A stretch of 64,000 bases of DNA from Armatimonadota bacterium (GTDB lineage: Bacteria; Armatimonadota; HRBIN16): contig OY781964.1 of the NCBI GenBank assembly GCA_963677485.1, forward strand, positions 3,712,001 to 3,776,000, read 5' to 3'. The notes below the pieces were generated by a model. The model did no database searches. It saw nothing but the letters and a program-made list of their open reading frames with translations, and had not been told where the DNA came from. The translations under genes and the position numbers were made by a program. Of the stretch, positions 45,703 to 54,101 are shown piece after piece. The number at the start of each line of letters is the position of its first letter. Within the stretch, counting starts at the first letter, position 1.

Positions 45703-48700
45703 CTACTTCACAGCCAGTATCTGCACCGGCCCTAACAGCCCCGAAGAATACAGCGGCGTATCAGCCCCCAACTGGAAGTTGGATTTGGTCAACCGTTGAG
45801 CCACAGGCAGGGCGGCATCACCGATCACGCGGTTCGCCCACAGGTTCGCCACCTCGATCTCCAGCGTATTCACACCAGGTTTGATGGCTGCTCCCAGATC
45901 GGCCTGCCAGGGCTCGCACCAGGTCACGCCCAAATCCTTGCCGTTCAAGCGCACACGGGCGATGTCCTTCACCACACCCAGGCTGAGCCGCAGCTTCGAA
46001 ATCTGCGCTGGCGTCAGACCCTGGGGTAGGTTGAAACTGGTGCTGTAGGTTGCGATTCCGGAGTAGAATCTCAAGCCGGGTTCGGCACGTTTCGTCCAGT
46101 CGGTGAGCTGTTTGAACACCAGCCTGCCTTTCGACAGGTCGCCGGAAGTCCCCAGAGCAGGTGATACCCAGGCTGGATCGAACTGCACGGCCCAAGGGCC
46201 TTTAACTTCTTGCATCGGCTTATACTCATGGAAGTTAGGTTTGGCTTTCACAGTGGCTGGTGTGGCTGCCTTCTGGCGGAAGATGATGAACAACCCCTGG
46301 TATGCCTCGAAGCGCATGGGGATGACTGTCTGCTGTGCTTTGATTGAGTAACTCGGAAGCGCACTGACCTTGCCTGTGAGCGGGTCGAACAGCTCCGGTA
46401 CTTTGCCAGTGATGCGTAATGCTATCTGCATTTTGAGCAGCTTACTGGACGGGTTCGCTACGAAATAGATGTCAGTGTCCTTCGTGCGCCGATGAATCCA
46501 GTCGAGGCTGATGGTTGCGGACGGATCGAATGAGCCCCATGGGCTGCAGCCTAACGGTCCGACGATGCTGGCGGATGTCCAAGTTTTGGCATCCTGGCTG
46601 GACTGCCATGTGTCCGCATCGGTGCAGAGTTCCGTTGTCTTGCCGTTTGATAGTGTGACCACGAATTTACCGATCAACCCAGCGGGGCTGGGCTCGTTGG
46701 TGATATTGACGGCCTTCACCAGGACTGTGTTCCGTCCGGCCTTCAGCAGCTTCGAAATATCGGCGTCAGATGCTTTCTGCCAGTCTACGCTCTTCAAGCA
46801 CTCTTTGCCGTTGACCGTCAGGGTGAACTCGTTGTCTGCGGACATGCTGACCAATGCTTTCTGAACCTTGGCTTTTGCTGGCAGATCGATGGTCGATCTG
46901 AAGTAACGGGTTCCGGGTGCTGGGTATCCTGCGGCACTGCCATGCCATATCCAAGAGGCATTCGCCAGACCCGCTCGTTTGGCGGTAGAGGCATTGCCGA
47001 TATCGGTAGCCACCATATCGGGCAGGGAGTTGTCCTTCTGCATCAGCTTGTCAATCGAGAGCCCCCACACTACGCGGCCTATGCCCACGCTATGGATGCC
47101 CTTCGGTGTGCGTTTGGTACCCCATAAGGTGTTGACGAGTGCTTTCAGCTTAACCTCGGCGGACGCCCGGTTTGCCAGGCCTGGGGTGCGTGTGGGCGGT
47201 TTCCCAACCAGTGTGCCACCTGCTGCCACCAGATTCGCAATCTTCTGCAGCACTTCAGTGCTCATGGTCGAACTGTATGGGTCGGTGAGCACGAGATACC
47301 GGTAGCTCAGCCTGTCCGGCAGTGTCCACCGGCCGTTCTTGACCGAGAGGCGGGTGAGCAGCACTTCAGCATTTATGCCGTCGTAGTCGCATCCCAACGG
47401 CAACGCAGGCTTCAAACTCGCCTTGCTGGGCACATATCGGGAAGAGCCCTCGCCCACAAAGTAGGCGGCGTCGGCCACGAACTTCCCTTGCTGCAGAAGA
47501 CACTGGCAGCGTCCGATGTAGTTCAGCATCCCCTCAGCCATCGGCCACCAGGTGTAGTGACGGCTGAATATGCCATAGTCTTCCAAACCGGGCTTGTATT
47601 CAAAGGGCTGATGAACATACTTGTGTATCACCGCGGAGTTCAGACCATTGGCGAAGCAATAGTTGAGTGTTTTGCGGTAACGGTCGGGGGCGGTGACCTG
47701 CCCCAGCCAGGGGTGATAAGTCAGCGTCTCGGCTTGCACGATCTGCCGGCCGTAGATGCGTGCGCCGGAGGCGGCGGTACGCAGTGCATCGGCGAAGGGG
47801 TTTGACATCGCACTGGAGACGTTCTCTAAAGAGTTGTTGTGCGAGACCTCCGCCATTGGCAGGTCGGCGCGGCCAAAAACCTTCAGACCATCCTGGTGCG
47901 GTGAGGGATAACTACCATAACCCGATTCTGGGTTCATCATGGTGTTGGTCAGGTGCGCTCTGTGCTGGAGCTGTCCGTAGTAATCCGCCACCAAGTCCGC
48001 GATGGTGGCGCGGTAGTCGGTAAGGAACCTTTCGGTGGTCTCGCTGTCATCCACGATGCGGCGCGCCATCGCAGGGAGCATCGAAAGCAAGTCATACCCT
48101 CGGCGCTTGCGGAACTGCTCGCGGAACTCTGGCGTCCAGGTGGGCTGCTGTCCTTGGACATCGGCACCGATCTCCCAGCTATCGGTGTGGAATAGTTTCA
48201 TCACGCCCGGTGCGCTCTTTTCGGTAGCCTTGAGCATGCCCATCGCCGCGTTGTCGAACATCAGGTCAGCGCCTTTGGTGCTCAGCACATCCACCTCGTA
48301 GCCACCGCCAGCGGACATACGCGCGGGCTGTCCGATGGTGGTCCATCCGAAGCGCATGATTGTCCAGCGTCCTGAGGGTGCCTTCCAGTCCAAGTGACCG
48401 TCGGGTCGCAGATATTTGGTGAGGTCGATCACCTGGCTGCTCTTGAGGTCGTATTGTTTGTGGAATGGGTTGTTATCATCCATCGCAGCTTCCACCAGAA
48501 TGCCGCGGTTGCCAGACTTGTAGTTCCACCATTTGATGCCCTGGCGCACCGTGGGCTGGTCACCCTGACGCAGCATCTGGAACTCCGCCAGACTGACATC
48601 CGGTGAATAGGCCGATGTGATCACCAGCCGGAAGTAACGTCCAGTGGTTTCTGCGATGGAAATCTGCTTCGCCTCGCCCTGCTTCATGTTGATTTGCTTG

Positions 48701-49506
48701 ATCGATCGGAAGTTTTGGCCGTCGTCAGACACTTGAAGCTCACTCTCACGTGGGCCTCCGCCGGGCATACCCTTCAGGTATACCGACACGGCGGTTAGCG
48801 GTTGTGAATAGGCATATTGTATCCAAACGGGGCTGGTGACACTTGGCGCGCTGGAGGTTTTCCAGAAGGTGTCAGGGTCGCAGTCAGCCGCGTGGATAGC
48901 CGGCCAGTTTTCCTCTGCGCAATAACCCATGTGGGTGTTGCTGCCGACAGCGGATGCCGGCGTCAGCGCACGGGTGGCCCGCTCTGGGAAGGCGATCACG
49001 GCCACATCGTGGTAGACATCGAGCCTGTTGAAGGGCTTCGGCAGTGGTTGGCTCATGTCAGTTGAGCGATCCACTTGCAGTTCAGAGCTGACCAGCATCA
49101 TGGCCGCGTGCTCTTTATCTACCCATTTGCCGCCAAACGCCCAGCCATCCACCATACTTGCGGCGAAAGTCATGTCGGCGTTCCCCGCCAGCTTGGCGGC
49201 TTCGCCGAACCAGTCGGCCCATTCGGCACCCAGCATCGGGGGTTGAGAGGGGAGGGGCAGACCGGTTGTGTCGATGGTCTGCATATGCATCACCCCGCCG
49301 ATGCCCTTCTCGCGCATGGCCGCGATGTCCTTCGCCATGCCCTCTTTGTTGCCGTATCCGCCCTCGAACCACCAGAACACCCAGGGGCGTGCCTTCATAG
49401 GTGGTGCGGCGAACTCCTTGCTTAACAGCGAAGGTGCTGCCGATACGATGGAATTGCAGCATATGACTGCGCAGAATAGTGTAGATAGCATACGCCAGAA
49501 GGTCAT
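45703..49506 (-). CDS. Secreted GH106 alpha-L-rhamnosidase-like protein with inserted F5/8-type and beta-sandwich domains
   Basis: FAAPP..ARPWVFWW, GIGGV, GRWTIMRFG, HTDSWE, F.KRRGYD, QAET, Y..RCQ.LLQQG, YDGIN, W..PW, N.W.NR..GD, SGLLGPV. Confidence 0.88.
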   Translation of the reverse strand: MTFWRMLSTLFCAVICCNSIVSAAPSLLSKEFAAPPMKARPWVFWWFEGGYGNKEGMAKDIAAMREKGIGGVMHMQTIDTTGLPLPSQPPMLGAEWADWFGEAAKLAGNADMTFAASMVDGWAFGGKWVDKEHAAMMLVSSELQVDRSTDMSQPLPKPFNRLDVYHDVAVIAFPERATRALTPASAVGSNTHMGYCAEENWPAIHAADCDPDTFWKTSSAPSVTSPVWIQYAYSQPLTAVSVYLKGMPGGGPRESELQVSDDGQNFRSIKQINMKQGEAKQISIAETTGRYFRLVITSAYSPDVSLAEFQMLRQGDQPTVRQGIKWWNYKSGNRGILVEAAMDDNNPFHKQYDLKSSQVIDLTKYLRPDGHLDWKAPSGRWTIMRFGWTTIGQPARMSAGGGYEVDVLSTKGADLMFDNAAMGMLKATEKSAPGVMKLFHTDSWEIGADVQGQQPTWTPEFREQFRKRRGYDLLSMLPAMARRIVDDSETTERFLTDYRATIADLVADYYGQLQHRAHLTNTMMNPESGYGSYPSPHQDGLKVFGRADLPMAEVSHNNSLENVSSAMSNPFADALRTAASGARIYGRQIVQAETLTYHPWLGQVTAPDRYRKTLNYCFANGLNSAVIHKYVHQPFEYKPGLEDYGIFSRHYTWWPMAEGMLNYIGRCQCLLQQGKFVADAAYFVGEGSSRYVPSKASLKPALPLGCDYDGINAEVLLTRLSVKNGRWTLPDRLSYRYLVLTDPYSSTMSTEVLQKIANLVAAGGTLVGKPPTRTPGLANRASAEVKLKALVNTLWGTKRTPKGIHSVGIGRVVWGLSIDKLMQKDNSLPDMVATDIGNASTAKRAGLANASWIWHGSAAGYPAPGTRYFRSTIDLPAKAKVQKALVSMSADNEFTLTVNGKECLKSVDWQKASDADISKLLKAGRNTVLVKAVNITNEPSPAGLIGKFVVTLSNGKTTELCTDADTWQSSQDAKTWTSASIVGPLGCSPWGSFDPSATISLDWIHRRTKDTDIYFVANPSSKLLKMQIALRITGKVPELFDPLTGKVSALPSYSIKAQQTVIPMRFEAYQGLFIIFRQKAATPATVKAKPNFHEYKPMQEVKGPWAVQFDPAWVSPALGTSGDLSKGRLVFKQLTDWTKRAEPGLRFYSGIATYSTSFNLPQGLTPAQISKLRLSLGVVKDIARVRLNGKDLGVTWCEPWQADLGAAIKPGVNTLEIEVANLWANRVIGDAALPVAQRLTKSNFQLGADTPLYSSGLLGPVQILAVK

Positions 49507-49617
49507 GTTTGTGTATCCTCTCAATGCTGATGCGTCGGTGCTACCTACCACGATACAGCCATGGCGTATGCTTGTGCAATGGTTGATTTGGCCTTTTGTT
49601 TGCACATTCTGACCAAA

Positions 49618-50541
49618 CTAACTGGCTTGTGTTGACAACCGGTTTATGATGAGCTTGCCGATCTTTCGCAGTGTCTGCTGCACATTTTGCGGAAGGTTGC
49701 GTGCGCCAAGGTGGGTTGGGCCGTCAAGCCCGCCGGGCCAGATGTAGCAGACAAGAGCGATCACATCGGGTTCCGCCATAGATGCCCGGTAGTAACTCTC
49801 TGCGATCTTGGCCATATCTTCTTTTTTGACATTTGCATCGGTCTGGTAGAACGGCAGCCATTGAGTGCTTGAGATCACCACAATCTTTTGATCGGGCCTG
49901 CTGCGTGCAGCCTTCACTCCACGCAGATCGGCCTGCCACCTGGGGTCGTGCTCAGGGTCTTTGATGTCATACCGGTCGAACCCCACCCAGTCCAATTCCT
50001 TGGGAACCATGATCTTGTCGAGTATCTTGTAGGCCTCAATCATGACCGTAGGGATACCGGGTACATACTTCTTCACGATCTTGAGAGCTTTAGTGAACTC
50101 GGCGCGCGACAGCCCGTTCCATGCGGGTTCATCGACCACATACAGTGCCGCGATATGTTGGGCGGTCAAGACCGATTTGTTGCGCTTGACGTAGTCGCTC
50201 CATAGCTTTTCAGCGTCTGGACGTAAGGTCAGCTTGGTGCCTGAGAGGGCTGTCACCTTCTCCCGCTCGAACAACAGCGGTTCGATGTGCAGCAGCGCTT
50301 TGACTTTGGCTCGCTGGAACTTCGCCAGCCGAGGGGCCAGCAGATCGTCTTTAGAGAGCACACCCATCTGCCCTATGTTGGTAAACCCCGCGACTTCGTC
50401 GATGTAGTTGGTTTTGCCTGTATGGTCATTAGGGTCGTGCCAGCCGCAGTCGATGGCTGCGAACCCGTAGTATTTTAAGCTGGGGCGAGGCTTGCGTTTC
50501 GCCAAGTCTAGATTTCGGCTGGTGGGGAGGATATTGGCCAC
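49618..50541 (-). CDS. Hypothetical TIM-barrel GH-like protein
   Basis: YVVDEP, DWVGFDRY, Y.WP; GTG start after GAAGGAG. Confidence 0.6.
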   Translation of the reverse strand: MANILPTSRNLDLAKRKPRPSLKYYGFAAIDCGWHDPNDHTGKTNYIDEVAGFTNIGQMGVLSKDDLLAPRLAKFQRAKVKALLHIEPLLFEREKVTALSGTKLTLRPDAEKLWSDYVKRNKSVLTAQHIAALYVVDEPAWNGLSRAEFTKALKIVKKYVPGIPTVMIEAYKILDKIMVPKELDWVGFDRYDIKDPEHDPRWQADLRGVKAARSRPDQKIVVISSTQWLPFYQTDANVKKEDMAKIAESYYRASMAEPDVIALVCYIWPGGLDGPTHLGARNLPQNVQQTLRKIGKLIINRLSTQAS

Positions 50542-50762
50542 GTGATGCTCCTTCGGGTTGTGATCCTCGTCAAAATACTGACTACCTAACACGATACCCG
50601 CATCAAGAATGCACCGCAATAGGCACAAAACATACGGATAAAGCCGACTTCGGGTAACATCTATATGGCCATGTTGCTTTTTGGATGGTTTCCTCAACTA
50701 CTCTGAATGGCGGCATGGCTATTTCTATATCATGACGCACGCTCTTCCTGGGAGAATATGAT

Positions 50763-52226
50763 ATGCCGCTCACACAAACGCCCTTCTATACACACCGATC
50801 CTGTTATGTGAACTTCGCGGAGCATCTGCAAAACAGTTGGAATGTGAACATGCTTTACCCCCAGGCCCCGAACCGATGGGAGCTTGAGGATTGGCGGCAG
50901 TTTCTGACCATGATCAAAGCGTTTGGATACAACTGCTTTGAATACTGGATTCCGCCCACGATGTTTCAAGAGGCTGCGCTAACTGGCGAAGGTCGTTACG
51001 GCATGTTCGCGGATACGATGCGGAGGGTGACGGAACTAGCGCATGAGCTGGGCTTGAAGACCAAAGCGGGTGCCATCCCGAACTGTCTGGGTGCCGATTG
51101 GTATTTCGCCTGCCTCAACGATAAGGCCGACCGCGAGCGGATCATGAAACTCTGGTCGCACTGGTGTCAGCAGCTTTCGGGAACGGACATCATCACCATC
51201 TTTCCAGGTGATCCTGGAGGCTGTAACCGCAACGGCTGCGATCATGAGACCTTCATAGAGCTAGCGTTGAATCTCACAGAAGTCTCACGAAAATACCTGC
51301 CGGATTGCGGTTTTGAGCTCAACACCTGGGGAACCCCGTTCTCAGGATGGGGCAGCGACCTGCGGCACACCCCAGGCTGGGACGGCAGTTGGGCGATGCT
51401 GACCAGCTGCGAGCACGACACTCCTGAAACCCCCTGCCACATCTGGAACGGTGACCCTGAACGCGCGGAGCGTGCGATGAGTTATCTGCTGCGACGTCTA
51501 CCCGAGTTCCCTCAGGAGACGATGGTGGCGATAAACCTTGGGTTCAGTCCTGACGGCGATATGTTGATGGGCGGCGACGCTCGCGGATATGCACGGGAAA
51601 TCGCAGCCATCCGCCCGATTGTGACGTGGGACTACTCGCTGTGCGAGGGTGAGCTGATCAACTACCCGCACTGGCGGCTGCCTCGCATGGCTGCCCGCCG
51701 ACGCGAGGAGCGGTCGGCTGCACCATACTCTGGCGGGATGTGCTACACCATGACCCCGAAGCTCAACCTACTATCTCTGTATGCGGGTGGGCAACTGCTG
51801 ATAAAACCCGATGCTGACCCCGACCAGCTCTCCAGGCAGTTTTGCGCGGATGTGTTTGGTGCAGAACATGCGGAACTGGGTGAGCTGTTTGAGGCGTTCG
51901 AGGTCGTGCAGGGATGGGGACATTATCCCCGGCACCAGTGGTCAAAACAGCAACTCCGCCTGAAATACCAGCAGATCATCGACCGACTTGAGGCTGTGAA
52001 GGCTCCGTCGGGTTGCTTGCCGATCTATCCTGCGTTCGATCAATATCGGTCTGATCTGCTGTGGTTTGCCCGAAAATTCTTGACGATGGCAGGCGACAAG
52101 CCCAACAGAGCGCAGATTGAGCAGGAATACTGGCAGCGCGCCTTGAATATCTATGATGTGATCGAGATGTCCGCGGACCCTCGCGCGCATCTTGCTGCAC
52201 AGAATTTCTCTTCAATACTGGCATAA
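50763..52226 (+). CDS. Hypothetical cytoplasmic protein, glycoside-hydrolase-like barrel
   Basis: 487-aa ORF with RBS GGAG; W..FL.M...GYN.F..W, AHELGLK, FPGDPGGC...GC. Confidence 0.65.
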   Translation: MPLTQTPFYTHRSCYVNFAEHLQNSWNVNMLYPQAPNRWELEDWRQFLTMIKAFGYNCFEYWIPPTMFQEAALTGEGRYGMFADTMRRVTELAHELGLKTKAGAIPNCLGADWYFACLNDKADRERIMKLWSHWCQQLSGTDIITIFPGDPGGCNRNGCDHETFIELALNLTEVSRKYLPDCGFELNTWGTPFSGWGSDLRHTPGWDGSWAMLTSCEHDTPETPCHIWNGDPERAERAMSYLLRRLPEFPQETMVAINLGFSPDGDMLMGGDARGYAREIAAIRPIVTWDYSLCEGELINYPHWRLPRMAARRREERSAAPYSGGMCYTMTPKLNLLSLYAGGQLLIKPDADPDQLSRQFCADVFGAEHAELGELFEAFEVVQGWGHYPRHQWSKQQLRLKYQQIIDRLEAVKAPSGCLPIYPAFDQYRSDLLWFARKFLTMAGDKPNRAQIEQEYWQRALNIYDVIEMSADPRAHLAAQNFSSILA

Positions 52227-52249
52227 TCGGTGCCGTGGGAGCTCATATA

Positions 52250-53536
52250 GTGAAATACCAAATAGGAATGATGTTGGCTGTCGGACTGCTTGTCGCGACC
52301 GCGGCGTCAGCAAACCGGGTGACAGGTGATCAAAACATGCTTGAACTGTTCAAGTCGGATTCAAAGATACTCAATAAAGCACCAAAGATGTACGACAGCG
52401 ATGTGGCAAAACCTGTTGGTACGAAGTCATATGCATTCGATTCGATGTTTTATGACAGCCCACTGCGCGAGAAAGCGCTTGAGAGCGACGTGAAGGCCAT
52501 CTTCTACGACGGCCTTGAATATAAAGGTAAACCAACCCGTGTTTTTGCGTATCTGGGTATGCCGAAGGTGCCTGCGGGCACCAAGGTTCCGGGAATCGTG
52601 CTGGTGCATGGTGGCGGAGGCACCGCGTTTGAGGCTTGGGTGCGGTTGTGGAACGCGCGCGGCTATGCGGCGATCGCCATGGATAACTGCGGCACGGTAC
52701 CGGAGGGCGAGTATGGTAACTGGAAGGCTCATGACCACAGCGGGCCTGGTTGTAATGACACCTTCGGCAATATCGAACTGCCGGCCAAAGATAACTGGAC
52801 CTACCAGGCGGTCGCTACCGTGATGCTGGCCAACTCGCTGCTGCGCTCGCTGCCTGGTGTGGATCGTAACCGCATCGGTGTGACTGGCATATCCTGGGGT
52901 GGTTACCTCACCTGCATCACGGCTGGTGTGGATTCCCGCTTCAAATACGCGGTGCCGGTGTATGGCTGCGGTTTCCTCGGTGATAACTCCACCTGGCTAG
53001 ATACCTTCCAGGGGATGGGTGAGACGAACCGTGCCAAGTGGCTGTCGATGTGGGACCCCTCTGTGTATGTAGGACATGCGAAGATGCCCGTGCTCTGGGT
53101 GACCGGCACCAATGACTTTGCATACCCGATGGATTCCTTGCGCAAGACCTATCGACTGCTCGATGGAAAGGCGACGCTGTGCTTACGCATCGCGATGCCG
53201 CACGGCCATGGCGGAGCGGGGGAACGACCAGAGGAGATATACGCGTTTGCGAAGACCTTCTCTGAGAAGGGGTTGCCGCTGGCCAAAGTGAAGGCGACCC
53301 AACAAGATGCGAAACAGGCATGGAGTGAGTATACATCGAAATCGCCGATCAAAATCGCGGAGCTTGTGTATACCAAAGACACCGGCAAGTGGCCTGAACG
53401 CAAATGGGAGTCACTGCCTGCCAAGGTGGATTCTAAACGCGTGAGTGCGGAGCTTCCCGATGGCGTGAAGGTGTTCTATTTTAACCTGACCGATGAGCGC
53501 GGGCTCATCGTGAGCTCGGAGCATCTGGAGCTGTAG
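52250..53536 (+). CDS. Secreted alpha/beta-hydrolase, acetylxylan-esterase-like
   Basis: TRVFAY, PGIVLVHGGGG, RIGVTGISWGG nucleophile elbow, GTND, HGH. Confidence 0.85.
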   Translation: MKYQIGMMLAVGLLVATAASANRVTGDQNMLELFKSDSKILNKAPKMYDSDVAKPVGTKSYAFDSMFYDSPLREKALESDVKAIFYDGLEYKGKPTRVFAYLGMPKVPAGTKVPGIVLVHGGGGTAFEAWVRLWNARGYAAIAMDNCGTVPEGEYGNWKAHDHSGPGCNDTFGNIELPAKDNWTYQAVATVMLANSLLRSLPGVDRNRIGVTGISWGGYLTCITAGVDSRFKYAVPVYGCGFLGDNSTWLDTFQGMGETNRAKWLSMWDPSVYVGHAKMPVLWVTGTNDFAYPMDSLRKTYRLLDGKATLCLRIAMPHGHGGAGERPEEIYAFAKTFSEKGLPLAKVKATQQDAKQAWSEYTSKSPIKIAELVYTKDTGKWPERKWESLPAKVDSKRVSAELPDGVKVFYFNLTDERGLIVSSEHLEL

Positions 53537-53586
53537 GACCGCAGCGTCGACTACCCAGGTAAAATCGGGATGATGTAGCACCGATT

Positions 53587-54009
53587 CCGCGACATAAATG
53601 TCTCGGCAATTGATCACCAAGACTGCTGAAGCTGTCTGAGATGGCGTGATCACCGTCGGTACGAAGTGTTACAGCCCGTTTTAACGGGCCTGTATGAAAC
53701 TTGGTTGGCTATGTCCGGGGCGGTCTGTCAGTACGCCTGCGAAGGCCACTGTCTATAGACCGCGCCGGTCTAGTTCCTGACACATATCTATCATGGCTAT
53801 CCGCCAGACCGGCGCGGTCTTGAGCCTTCTGCATCCGCTGGCCTACGTACAGACCGCCCCGGACATAGGCAACGATTGGCTGCAATAGGGGCGAACAGCC
53901 ATTCGCATGTCACCTGTCACCTAAGTGTGGCGCGTGAGTTATAGTCCGGGCGGCCGTGCCAGCACGGGCGGTTGCTTGTTGTTCCATAGCCGAGACGTTA
54001 ATATTGCGG
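53587..54009. repeat. Compound element: inverted copy of element A interrupted by extra sequence that includes element B
   Basis: Left TIR ccgcgacataaatgtctcggcaattga; interior matches the reverse complement of 165-301 up to aacgggc; degenerate right TIR ttgttgttccatagccgagacgttaatattgcgg at about 53976-54009. Confidence 0.75.
53704..53873. repeat. MITE-like element B, second copy (inverted relative to 33314-33483)
   Basis: Same 170-bp length, same TIRs and internal IR. Confidence 0.85.
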
Positions 54010-54101
54010 CGCGATGGAGTGGGTATTATTTATGCTTACTTTTCGACATGTTGACATTCCAGAATCCGAACGCTCAAGCCATGATAAAGGAACATACATC
54101 C

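Noticed and set aside
53587-54009. CRISPR array or riboswitch
   Set aside because: No regularly spaced direct repeats, no cas genes and no recognisable aptamer; explained by inverted-repeat elements
53925-54101. N-terminal extension of the large hypothetical protein
   Set aside because: Overlaps the repeat's right TIR; the signal peptide and RBS fit ATG 54102
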